Below are positions 29,455 through 38,505 of a stretch of DNA of 64,000 nucleotides, one piece after another. Position 1 is the first letter of the stretch. Each line of letters begins with the position of its first letter. The DNA comes from Dehalococcoidia bacterium (GTDB lineage: Bacteria; Chloroflexota; Dehalococcoidia; Lucifugimonadales; UBA3495): positions 1,477,663 through 1,541,662 of the forward strand of contig CBDCVB010000002.1 of the NCBI GenBank assembly GCA_965222895.1, in the 5' to 3' direction. A program made the translations under genes and the position numbers. The notes beneath the pieces are model-generated. The model saw only the letters and a list, made by a program, of their open reading frames with translations, ran no database searches and was not told the DNA's origin.

Positions 29455-31551
29455 TTGACCCAGCCAGATTCCTCCCGCGAACCGCGATTTCCCTTCACCG
29501 CCATCGTCGGCCAGCGGTCGATGAAGCGCGCGCTGTTGCTCAACGCCATCAACCCCCGCATCGGCGGCGTGTTGATCCGGGGCAAAAAGGGCACTGCTAA
29601 AAGTACGGCCGTTCGTTCGCTGGCGGCCCTGTTGCCCGAAGTTCCCGTCGTGCCCGGTTGCCAATACAGTTGCCGGCCGGACGCCCCGCAGCCGGTGTGT
29701 GAGTGGTGCCAGCAGGGCGGCTCCGCCGGGGTGGCTGCTTCAACCCGCCAGGTCCGCATCGTGGATTTGCCGGTGGGGGCAACCGAAGACCGGCTGGTGG
29801 GTTCCCTGGACATCGAACAGGCCATCAAAACCGGCGAGAAGAACTTCGAGCCTGGCCTCATTGCGGTGGCCCACCGTGGGATCCTCTACATCGACGAGGT
29901 GAACCTGCTCAACGACCATCTGGTGGATGTGCTGCTCGACGCAGCGGCGTTGGGCCGCAACTACGTCGAGCGCGAGGGCGTGTCAGTTAGCCACGAAGCG
30001 GAATTCATGTTGGTGGGCACCATGAACCCGGAAGAGGGTGACCTGCGTCCGCAGCTGCTGGACCGGTTCGGCCTGGCCGTGGAAGTGGACGGGGTTTTTG
30101 AACCCGTAGAGCGGCGGGAAGTGGTGCGGCGGCGCATCTCCTACGAGGCCGAGCCCTTCCAGTTTATGGACGGTTGGGAAGCAGCGGAAGGTTCTGAACG
30201 CGCGCGCATCATCAGCAGTCAGCAGCGGTTGCCGGATGTGGTGGTGCCCGAAGAGATTCTGGAGCTCATCACCGATATTTGCGCCGAGTACCAGGTTGAT
30301 GGCCTGCGCGGGGACATCGTAATGTACAAAACGGCCAGCACTATTGCCGCCTACGAAGGCCGCACGGTTGTCAACGTAGAAGATGTGCGGGAAGCGGCAT
30401 TGATGGCATTGCTGCATCGGCAACGTCGCCAGCCCTTCCAGCAGCCGCATTTGGTTACCGAGCAACTCGATAATATGCTGGAAGAGTTCCAGAACCAGTC
30501 CCGCGACCGGGAATCATCACAAGGTGATGACTCGGGTAACGAAGACAGCGGCGACGGAGAAGGTGATAGTCCGCCGCCCCCGCCAGATGTAGCAGACGAA
30601 CCGGATGACGGCGCCGACCCGCCTCACGACGACAACGCCGGCGCCGGCGACGAGTGGTACGAAGTAGGCGACCCATACGCCGTCCAGAACCTGCCGGTTC
30701 AGCCTCCCGACCGCCGCGCCCGCCGCGCCTCCGGACGCCGCGCCACCTCGGTTAGCAGCGACTCATCCGGGCGTTACGTGGGTGCCCGTGAGCCACGGGC
30801 TGCCGTCACCGATCTGGCTCTGGATGCCACGTTGCGAGCGGCAGCGCCGCATCAAAACACCCGCCGCCTGGTCGCTGGCCCGGACGCCGGCGCCTTCCTG
30901 ATCGAACCGTGGGACGTGCGGGAGAAGGTGCGCGAAACCCACACCGGCAGCCTGATTCTCTTCGTGGTGGACGCCAGCGGTTCAATGGGCGCCCAACGCC
31001 GCATGGTCGCCGTGAAGGGGGCGGTGATGTCGTTGCTGCTGGACGCATACCAAAGACGCGATCGGGTCGGGTTGATCGCCTTCCGGGGCACGTCGGCGCA
31101 ACTGCTGTTGCCACCCACCGGTAGCGTGGAAATGGCGCAGTGGCAGCTCCAGGATATGCCCACCGGCGGTCGCACGCCGCTCGCCAGCGGCCTCTATCTG
31201 GCCATGGAAGTGCTGGAAAGGGAGCGGATGAAAGACCGGGACGTGCTGCCGCTGCTGGTGCTGCTCTCCGATGGGCGGGCCAACATGGCGATGTCCGGCG
31301 AGCAGGTCGGCTACGGCGCTTCTGCGTACAGCGAGGTGGAAAACCTGGCTCGGATGGTGGCCGATGCCCGCATCCCCGCCGTGGTGGTGGACACCGAGCA
31401 GGATTTCATCAAGCTGGAACTGGCTAAATCCATTGCGGAAGCCATGTCCGCCCGATATATCCGCTTGGACGAATTGGCCGCTGACAGTCTGGCGGCGGCG
31501 GTGCGCCAGGAGCTGCCGGCGGATGCCGCCACGGAGCCTGTGATACCATAA
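29455..31551 (+). CDS. ChlI/ChlD-type AAA+ chelatase fusion (ATPase module plus vWA domain), probable CobN partner
   Basis: FPFTAIVGQ..MKRALLLNAINP.IGGVLIRGKKGTAKST; Asp/Pro-rich linker; LILFVVDASGSMG vWA/MIDAS. Start is TTG 29455 (GAGG upstream) or GTG 29419; the listed ATG 29326 overlaps cbtA. Confidence 0.85.
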   Translation: MTQPDSSREPRFPFTAIVGQRSMKRALLLNAINPRIGGVLIRGKKGTAKSTAVRSLAALLPEVPVVPGCQYSCRPDAPQPVCEWCQQGGSAGVAASTRQVRIVDLPVGATEDRLVGSLDIEQAIKTGEKNFEPGLIAVAHRGILYIDEVNLLNDHLVDVLLDAAALGRNYVEREGVSVSHEAEFMLVGTMNPEEGDLRPQLLDRFGLAVEVDGVFEPVERREVVRRRISYEAEPFQFMDGWEAAEGSERARIISSQQRLPDVVVPEEILELITDICAEYQVDGLRGDIVMYKTASTIAAYEGRTVVNVEDVREAALMALLHRQRRQPFQQPHLVTEQLDNMLEEFQNQSRDRESSQGDDSGNEDSGDGEGDSPPPPPDVADEPDDGADPPHDDNAGAGDEWYEVGDPYAVQNLPVQPPDRRARRASGRRATSVSSDSSGRYVGAREPRAAVTDLALDATLRAAAPHQNTRRLVAGPDAGAFLIEPWDVREKVRETHTGSLILFVVDASGSMGAQRRMVAVKGAVMSLLLDAYQRRDRVGLIAFRGTSAQLLLPPTGSVEMAQWQLQDMPTGGRTPLASGLYLAMEVLERERMKDRDVLPLLVLLSDGRANMAMSGEQVGYGASAYSEVENLARMVADARIPAVVVDTEQDFIKLELAKSIAEAMSARYIRLDELAADSLAAAVRQELPADAATEPVIP

Positions 31552-31610
31552 TTGGCGGGATTCAGATGCCGGCATGGGCCGGTTAAATTCGCTGGTTTCC
31601 TGAGGTCAAA

Positions 31611-32930
31611 ATGGCGCGCACCCTCCCCTATGCCGATATGGACAAAATCCTGTCGCTATCCAAGCGGCGGGGTTTCGTGTTTCAGTCCAGCGAGGTATAC
31701 GGCGGCTTGGGTTCGACCTGGGACTACGGCCCGCTGGGGGTTGAACTGAAGCGCAACGTCAAGGAAGCGTGGTGGCGCGAGGTGGTTGTGGAGCGCGACG
31801 ACGTGGTTGGTTTGGACGCCGCCATCCTGATGCACCCCCGGGTTTGGGAAGCCAGCGGCCACGTGGAAAACTTCTCCGATCCCCTGGTGGAATGCCGCCA
31901 GTGCAACCATCGTTTTCGGGAAGACCAGTTGGATTCCGACCGTTGCCCCGACTGCGGTGGTGAATTCACCGAACCGCGGCGATTCAACCTGATGTTCCAT
32001 ACCTTCATTGGTCCGGTGGAAGATTCCAGCAACGAAATTTTCCTCCGCCCCGAAACGGCGCAGGGCATCTTTGTCAACTTCCAGAACGTGCAGACCGCCA
32101 CCCGCAAGAAGTTGCCCTTTGGCATCGGACAGATTGGCAAGGCATTTCGTAACGAGATTACACCGGGCAACTTCACCTTCCGCACGCGGGAGTTTGAGCA
32201 GATGGAGGTGGAGTTCTTTGTGCAGCCCGGCACCGACGAAGCATGGCTCCAGCGGTGGGTGCAGGATCGATTCAACTGGTACGTAAATTATGGCATCCGC
32301 GCCGAAAACCTGCGACTCCGCGAGCACGGCGTCGACGAACTGGCCCACTACGCCAAGGCAACTTACGACATCGAGTACCGCTTCCCCTGGGGCTGGGGTG
32401 AGCTGGAAGGCATCGCCGACCGCGCCGACTTCGATCTCAGCCGGCACACCGAATTCAGCGGGCAGGATTTGTCCTACTTTGATGACGAAACCCGCGAACG
32501 GTACATCCCCTACGTCATCGAACCCTCCGGCGGCGTCGACCGGGCCACGCTGGCCTTCTGGCTGGACAGCTATGACGAAGAACCGGATGGCAAAGATACC
32601 CGAACCGTGCTGCACCTGCATCGCGCTTTGGCTCCGGTTACGGTGGCCGTGCTGCCCTTAAGTCGCAACGAGCGGCTGGTCCCAACCGCGCGGTCGGTGT
32701 ACGACCTGGTCCGGCGACGCTTACGGTGTCAATTTGACGACGCCCAAAGCATCGGGCGGCGCTACCGGCGACAGGATGAAATCGGCACGCCATATTGCGT
32801 AACCGTCGACTTTGATACGCTGGACGACCACGCCGTTACCATCAGGGACCGCGACACCATGGCGCAGCACCGGGTGCCCATCAGCCGCTTGCTGGATGTG
32901 CTGCAAGACCGCTACGAGCACGGCTGGTAA
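31611..32930 (+). CDS. glyQS: Glycine--tRNA ligase (alpha2 dimer type)
   Basis: [43 protein letters not shown], and the class II core plus anticodon-binding domain. Confidence 0.95.
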   Translation: MARTLPYADMDKILSLSKRRGFVFQSSEVYGGLGSTWDYGPLGVELKRNVKEAWWREVVVERDDVVGLDAAILMHPRVWEASGHVENFSDPLVECRQCNHRFREDQLDSDRCPDCGGEFTEPRRFNLMFHTFIGPVEDSSNEIFLRPETAQGIFVNFQNVQTATRKKLPFGIGQIGKAFRNEITPGNFTFRTREFEQMEVEFFVQPGTDEAWLQRWVQDRFNWYVNYGIRAENLRLREHGVDELAHYAKATYDIEYRFPWGWGELEGIADRADFDLSRHTEFSGQDLSYFDDETRERYIPYVIEPSGGVDRATLAFWLDSYDEEPDGKDTRTVLHLHRALAPVTVAVLPLSRNERLVPTARSVYDLVRRRLRCQFDDAQSIGRRYRRQDEIGTPYCVTVDFDTLDDHAVTIRDRDTMAQHRVPISRLLDVLQDRYEHGW

Positions 32931-32948
32931 ATTGCGCCGGGAGCCGGT

Positions 32949-34453
32949 ATGACCTCGCCCAACTTCGCCAACCGCACCCTGTATCACGGCGATAATCTGG
33001 GGTTCCTGCGCGGGATGAACAGCGGCACGGTGCAGTTGATTGCCACCGATCCGCCGTTCAACAAGAACAAGGACTTCCATGCTACCCCGGACAGCCTGGC
33101 CGCCGGCGCCGGGTTCCAGGACCGCTGGCGCTGGGATAAAGACGTTCACCCGGATTGGCTGGACCAGATCAAGGATGACTGGCCGGACATCTGGTTAGCC
33201 GTCGAGTCGGCCAAGGGCAGCTATGGGATGGATATGGCCGCCTTCCTCGTCTTTATGGCCGTCCGCCTGGCTGAAATGCGCCGCATTCTCACCGACGATG
33301 GCAGTATCTACCTGCATTGTGACCCGACCGCCAGCCACTACCTGAAAATGCTGCTTGACGCCATTTTCGGGCCGGAGAACTTCCGCAGCGAAATTACCTG
33401 GCGACGCACTAACGCCAAAGGCTTGGCGTTCAAGAGCTATCCGAATAATCACGACACCATATTCTATTATTCCAAAGGTGGAAAATTCACCTGGAATCGC
33501 CCCTTTCGCCCCCACGACCCGGAGTATGTGCGTAAGTTTTATCGCCACGTAGAACCCGAAACCGGCCGCCGCTATTGCCTCGACAATCTTACCAATCCCA
33601 ACTGGGACCGGCCCAACCTGACCTACGAATGGAACGGTCATACCCGAGTCTGGCGCTGGACGAAAGAACGAATGCAGGAGGCTCACGATAATGGGCTGTT
33701 CACTACACGTCTACCGGGATGGCGCGACAGAAACGCTATCTAGACGAAATGAACGGTATGCCGGTTGATACTATTTGGGATGACATCAGGCCGGTGCAAT
33801 CCAGATCTAAAGAGAGTACCGGATACCCAACGCAGAAACCGCTGGCGCTCTACGAACGCATCATTGCCGCCAGCAGCAACCCCGACGATTGGGTGCTTGA
33901 CCCCTTTGCCGGTTGCGCTACGACGCCGGTAGCCGCCGAGCGCCTGGGGCGAAAATGGGTAGGCATTGACATCTGGGACAAGGCGCACCAAACCGTCCTG
34001 GAACGTCTGCATAGTGAGGGGCTAATCACAGTGGACGGCAAAGACCGCGGGCCGGCGCAGCCAACACTAGCCGGCGGTGACGTTCACTACGTGACCGCGC
34101 CACTGCTGCGCACCGACGATAACGAAACCGCCATCCCCTACCTCAAAGTTAAAGTCCGTTTCCCCGAACCTCCCGGCCCCAAATACTCCCGCGACCAAAT
34201 CTTTAATATCCTCATCGAGCAAAACGGTATCGTCTGCCGGGGATGCGACCGCCGCTTCGACGACCCGCTGTATCTTGAACTGGACCATAACACGCCCCGC
34301 TCCGACGGAGGCATCAATCATATCTCCAACCGCGTCCTGCTCTGCAGTCCGTGCAACCGCATCAAGTCCAATACGCTGACCCTCTCCGGGCTGCGCCGCG
34401 AAAACCGGCGGCGGGGGCGGATGGCCGGGCAAATTGACTCGGCAGCCGGGTAA
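32949..34453 (+). pseudogene. N4/N6 DNA methyltransferase (beta class) fused to a C-terminal HNH nuclease domain, split by a 1-nt frameshift near 33698
   Basis: ORF 32949..33743 carries TDPPFN (motif IV). ORF 33719..34453 carries KRYLDE, GYPTQKP, DPFAGCATT (motif I) and the HNH segment CRGC..LDHN..N..LLCSPCN (about 34235-34378). The family-typical junction ..DNGL-VHYTSTGMARQKRYLDE.. needs a -1 shift at CTGTT (33696-33700). Confidence 0.8.
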
Positions 34454-34497
34454 AATTTCGCGGTTCCGCCCACTCGGTTTATCCGGGCCAGAATATT

Positions 34498-35328
34498 ATG
34501 CCCCCCACAATCGTCGCCCAGGCCCTGCGTCGGGGGCTTTATACTCGCATTGTTGGTCGCCGGATACGGTTCTATCAGTCGACGCGCTCCACGATGGACG
34601 ACGTGGCCGAGTTGGCCCGTGCCGACGCCGAGGAAGGGTTGGTAGTGGTAGCCGAGACGCAGACCGCCAGCCGGGGCCGCATGGGTCGCCGGTGGGTGTC
34701 GAAGCCGGGGAACCTGTACTTTTCGGTTCTGTTCCGCCCCAACGCCGGGCAACTGTCCCTGCTCAGCCCCATGGCCGGCGTAGCGGTGGCCCGGTCGCTG
34801 CGGCAGGTTGCCGGCGTGTACCCGTCCATCAAGTGGCCCAACGATATTATGATTGAAGGGCTGAAAGTCGCCGGCATTCTGGCGGAGAGCGCGTTGATGG
34901 GACCCGTAGTGCAATACGCGGTGGTGGGCATCGGAATCAACGTCGAGCTCGATGTGTCTACGGAGTCGGAAATCGCGGCCACCGCCGGGAGTTTGGACCA
35001 CTTCGCCAGCGATGCAACAGACCGTTCCGAGCTGCTACGCCGGATTCTGCAACACCTGGATGCCCTGTACCTGGACCTGCGTCGTGGGAAATCTCCCGTT
35101 CCCGAATGGCGCCGGTGGCTGGACACGCTGGGCCAGCGCGTCACCGTAACCCATCACGGTAGCGACACCACCGGCGTCGCCGAGGACATCGACGCATCCG
35201 GCAACCTGCTGCTGCGCGACGACGCGGGCAATCTGTTGACCCTAACCGCCGGAGATATTACCCTACGCACCATCACCACATCGGTTCAATCAATCCAAAA
35301 ATCCTGTTCATCCTGTTCATCCCTGTAA
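34498..35328 (+). CDS. birA: Biotin--[acetyl-CoA-carboxylase] ligase (no HTH domain)
   Basis: ETQTASRGRMGRRWVSKPG.., KWPND.., and the C-terminal SH3-like part. The last ~10 codons are contributed by a family C repeat. Confidence 0.9.
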   Translation: MPPTIVAQALRRGLYTRIVGRRIRFYQSTRSTMDDVAELARADAEEGLVVVAETQTASRGRMGRRWVSKPGNLYFSVLFRPNAGQLSLLSPMAGVAVARSLRQVAGVYPSIKWPNDIMIEGLKVAGILAESALMGPVVQYAVVGIGINVELDVSTESEIAATAGSLDHFASDATDRSELLRRILQHLDALYLDLRRGKSPVPEWRRWLDTLGQRVTVTHHGSDTTGVAEDIDASGNLLLRDDAGNLLTLTAGDITLRTITTSVQSIQKSCSSCSSL

Positions 35329-35333
35329 AAATC
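35298..35333. repeat. Short repeat family C, copy 2
   Basis: aaatcctgttcatcctgttcatccctgtaaaaatc. It overlaps the birA stop and ends 8 nt before the next ATG. Confidence 0.5.
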
Positions 35334-35341
35334 GGAGACCT

Positions 35342-36151
35342 ATGCTTGAAAATCTGAATCTGGATGGCAAGGTGGTGGTAATCACCGGCGGCGGCACGGG
35401 CCTCGGGCTGGAGATGGTGCGCGCCCTCACTCGCTCCGGCGCCAACTTGGCCATCGCCGGGCGTCGTCCGGGGCCCATCGAAGTCGCCCGCGACGAAGCG
35501 CTGGCCGCCGGGCGGGACGCCATCGCGGTGCCCACCGATGTCGCCAACTCGTCCGACGCCAACGGTCTCATCGACGCTGCCGTAGGCCATTTTGGCCGCG
35601 TGGATGTGCTCATCAACAACGCGGCGATGGTGGGCGACAACGTCCTGAAACCCATCTGGGAAATCACCGACGACGACTGGGAATCGGCGATGTCCGTGAA
35701 CCTGTCCGGCGCGTTCTACTGTGCCCGTGCCGCCGCGAAGGCAATGGCCGACGTTGGGAAAGGCAAAATCATCAACGTGGCCTCGGGATTCGGGTTGCGC
35801 GGCGGTCGCGACATCTATATGTACTGCTGTTCCAAGGGTGGCGTCATTCAGCTAACCCGGGTGCTGTCGTTCAGCCTGGCCCGCTATGGCATTACCGCCA
35901 ACAGCATCGTGCCGGGGTTCATCCCGACTATCGATCCTGCCGCCGAGATCAACCGCACCCTGCCGCAATCCGGCGACTTTTTGCCCTCCGGCAAGTTGGG
36001 GCGCCCGGAAGAATTGGGGCCGATTGCGGTTTTCCTGGCGTCGGACGCATCCGATTATATGACCGGCGAGATGTTCATACTGGACGGCGGCGGGCTGGCT
36101 GCTGGAATCGCTCCCACCGGCCACGCTCCCCTGGCGCCGCTGGAATTCTAG
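35342..36151 (+). CDS. Short-chain dehydrogenase/reductase (catalytically complete)
   Basis: TGGGTGLG, NNAA, VAS, and YCCSK (YxxxK). Confidence 0.85.
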   Translation: MLENLNLDGKVVVITGGGTGLGLEMVRALTRSGANLAIAGRRPGPIEVARDEALAAGRDAIAVPTDVANSSDANGLIDAAVGHFGRVDVLINNAAMVGDNVLKPIWEITDDDWESAMSVNLSGAFYCARAAAKAMADVGKGKIINVASGFGLRGGRDIYMYCCSKGGVIQLTRVLSFSLARYGITANSIVPGFIPTIDPAAEINRTLPQSGDFLPSGKLGRPEELGPIAVFLASDASDYMTGEMFILDGGGLAAGIAPTGHAPLAPLEF

Positions 36152-36158
36152 GAGACCG

Positions 36159-36923
36159 ATGCCACTGCCCGCAGAGTTTGACCTTACCGGCCGCACCGCC
36201 ATCGTGGCCAGCGCCGGCGGCGGAGAAACGCCTCACCTGGCGGCGGCGTTGGCCGAAGCGGGGGCGCAGGTGTTCGCCGTCGCCCGACACCCCGAGAGCC
36301 TGGAAGCAATGCGGGATGCCGTGGCCGGCGTAGCCGGCGCCGCCGGCTACGGATGCGCCGGACGCTGGGATACGCCGGAGGGTGTGGCGGCGATAACCAC
36401 TGCCTTCGGAGCGGTGCACGAGCGGGTGGACATCCTGGTCAACGACACCCGCAGCTTCTTCGCCAAGCCCGCCGCCGATATTACGCTGGAAGAATGGGAC
36501 GAATTGCACAATCGCAACGTGCGGGCCACTTTTCTGCTCACCCAGGCGGTGGGACAACAGATGCTGTCGCAGCAGTACGGGCGCATCGTCAACGTGATTT
36601 CCAACCTGGCCGAACGCGGTATCCACAACTGCTCGGTGTTCAGCGCCACGCAGTCCGCAGTCCTGTCGCTGACGCGCTCGCTGGCGGTGGAATGGGGGCG
36701 CAGCGAAATCCGGGTCAACGCGATTGGTTCGGGCTGGTCAACGGAGGAAGAAATACCGCTGGAAACGCAGCGCGAGGAGTTACTGGTTCGCTACACCCCG
36801 CTGCGTCGGCTGGGACACCCTCGGGATCTGGCCGCGTTGTTGGTGTTCCTGTGCTCCTCGTTCTGCGACTACCCAACCGGGCAACCGATATACATAGATG
36901 GCGGGTCAAACGCCCATCCGTAA
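36159..36923 (+). CDS. SDR-fold paralogue with degenerate cofactor and catalytic motifs
   Basis: The Gly motif is replaced by VASAGGGETPH, NNAG by VNDTR, and YxxxK by FSATQ. It starts 7 nt after the preceding SDR. Confidence 0.75.
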   Translation: MPLPAEFDLTGRTAIVASAGGGETPHLAAALAEAGAQVFAVARHPESLEAMRDAVAGVAGAAGYGCAGRWDTPEGVAAITTAFGAVHERVDILVNDTRSFFAKPAADITLEEWDELHNRNVRATFLLTQAVGQQMLSQQYGRIVNVISNLAERGIHNCSVFSATQSAVLSLTRSLAVEWGRSEIRVNAIGSGWSTEEEIPLETQREELLVRYTPLRRLGHPRDLAALLVFLCSSFCDYPTGQPIYIDGGSNAHP

Positions 36924-36974
36924 TGTCCACGGCAGGCATGGTTCAAATGGCGCTTGGTGGTACAATAACCCTCG

Positions 36975-38411
36975 ATGTCTACTGCTAACGTTGCCGCACG
37001 CGCAGTAACGCCGGTGCGCCGGCTGCCGGGGATGCGCGATTTGTCCGCCGCCGCTTGCCAGAATATGCAGGCGGCACACCGGCTGATTGCCGCCCTGATC
37101 GGGCGATTCGGTTATTCCCAGGTGGAAGTGCCGGTGCTGGAATCCACCGAGCTGTTTCTGCGGAAATCCGGCGGCTCCCTCGCCTCGCAGATGTATTCTT
37201 TCACCGACCCCGGGTCCAACGCGGCCAGTCTGCGCCCCGAGTTCACGTCGGCCATCATGCGACATTACCTGGAAATGAACGCGGGAGTCGCGCCGGCTCC
37301 GGTTGCCCGTTGGCAGTACGCCGGCCCGGTGTTCCGCTATGATGCCCATGATGCCGAGGGCAGCGGGCAATTCACCCAGGTAGGCGCTGAACTGGTAGGA
37401 TCGGACAGCCTGCTCGCCGACGCCGAACTGCTGGCGCTGGCCGCCGGTGTTCCGGCTGCCCTCGGCGTTGACGGCTACCTGCTGCGGCTGGCCGACCTGG
37501 ATGTGCTGGACAGCGTGCTGGACACCGTTGGGCTGTCTGAACGCGCCCGCTCTTTTATTGTTGCCCACATGAACCGCATCGGATCAGACGGCGCCAACGT
37601 CGCAACCACGCTGAACCGCGCCGCCGAGTTGCACATAGTGGCCGGCCATGACCTGCTGGACGAGCAGAACAACCTGGCTGGGGCGGTTGCCGGGCTACCC
37701 GATGGCGAGGCCCGCGAGGTGCTTGCTGGGTTCATGCGCTGGAATGGCAATTCGGAAACGCTGGTCGGGCAACGAACGTCCGAAGAAATAGTCGACCGAC
37801 TGCTCCGCAAACTGCGGGGCGGTGATGACCGCGGCGCCGTGGAGCGCGGATTGACGCTGGCGGCTAAACTCGCGTCAGTTAACGGCGACCCCAAAGACGC
37901 CGTCGCTGCCGCTCAGGAAATCGTCGCCGGAGCCGGGGCAGCCCCGGCTCCGGTCAACCGACTTGCCGAGCTGATTGGCCTGATTGCAGATGACCCGGCA
38001 TTAGCGGGGCACTTATCCGTCGACTTCGGCCTGGCGCGTGGCATTGCGTATTATAATGGCATCATATTTGACATAATATCCACGGGCGACCAGCAGAATC
38101 TGGGCGGTGGCGGGCGTTACGATGCGCTGGCTCGGGCCCTTGGCAGTCCGGACAGCGTTCCCGCCCTGGGATTCGCTTACACGCTGGAAAAGCTGATGTC
38201 GGTAATTCCAGGAGGCCGGCAATCACCCAGCGTCTCTGCGGCTGTGCTGGTTGCGCCGGAAGGGCCGGCAGCATATCGGGCTGCGTTGCGCGCGGCTGCC
38301 GAAGTGCGGCGCGATGGCGGCGTGGCGGTGCTGGACGTGGGCGGCGAACCTGCGTCGGACGGCGAATATCGATGCACCGTGTCGGTAGGGGCGGATGGCG
38401 TCATCGAGTAA
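36975..38411 (+). CDS. hisZ: HisRS-like protein, probable ATP phosphoribosyltransferase regulatory subunit HisZ (long, with anticodon-domain-like C-terminus)
   Basis: LPGMRD, LRPEFT, GGGGRYDAL and RGIAYYNG are present. Class II motif 2 reads FRYDAHDAEGSGQFTQ and lacks the RxE/R residues. Located directly upstream of hisG. Confidence 0.65.
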   Translation: MSTANVAARAVTPVRRLPGMRDLSAAACQNMQAAHRLIAALIGRFGYSQVEVPVLESTELFLRKSGGSLASQMYSFTDPGSNAASLRPEFTSAIMRHYLEMNAGVAPAPVARWQYAGPVFRYDAHDAEGSGQFTQVGAELVGSDSLLADAELLALAAGVPAALGVDGYLLRLADLDVLDSVLDTVGLSERARSFIVAHMNRIGSDGANVATTLNRAAELHIVAGHDLLDEQNNLAGAVAGLPDGEAREVLAGFMRWNGNSETLVGQRTSEEIVDRLLRKLRGGDDRGAVERGLTLAAKLASVNGDPKDAVAAAQEIVAGAGAAPAPVNRLAELIGLIADDPALAGHLSVDFGLARGIAYYNGIIFDIISTGDQQNLGGGGRYDALARALGSPDSVPALGFAYTLEKLMSVIPGGRQSPSVSAAVLVAPEGPAAYRAALRAAAEVRRDGGVAVLDVGGEPASDGEYRCTVSVGADGVIE

Positions 38412-38443
38412 ACACGGCCCGCCAACGCCCACACGAAACGAGG

Positions 38444-38505
38444 AAACGCAGCACAATGAAAAACGCAGGACAATGATAAAGGTAGCACGGAAAAAGGTAG
38501 CACGG
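38444..38505. repeat. Two adjacent pairs of short tandem repeats in the hisZ-hisG spacer
   Basis: AAACGCAG(C/G)ACAATGA at 38444-38459 and 38461-38476. AAAGGTAGCACGG at 38478-38490 and 38493-38505; the last unit overlaps the hisG GTG start by 1 nt (38505). Confidence 0.85.

Noticed and set aside
28668-29861. 397-aa minus-strand ORF across cbtA and the chlID 5' end
   Set aside because: Antisense to two genes with family-specific motifs. The product is low complexity (Arg/Gly/Pro-rich).
38456-38476. Mini-ORF MKNAGQ upstream of hisG as a possible his leader peptide
   Set aside because: It has no His codons and no downstream terminator. It lies inside the tandem repeat units, so it is most likely fortuitous.
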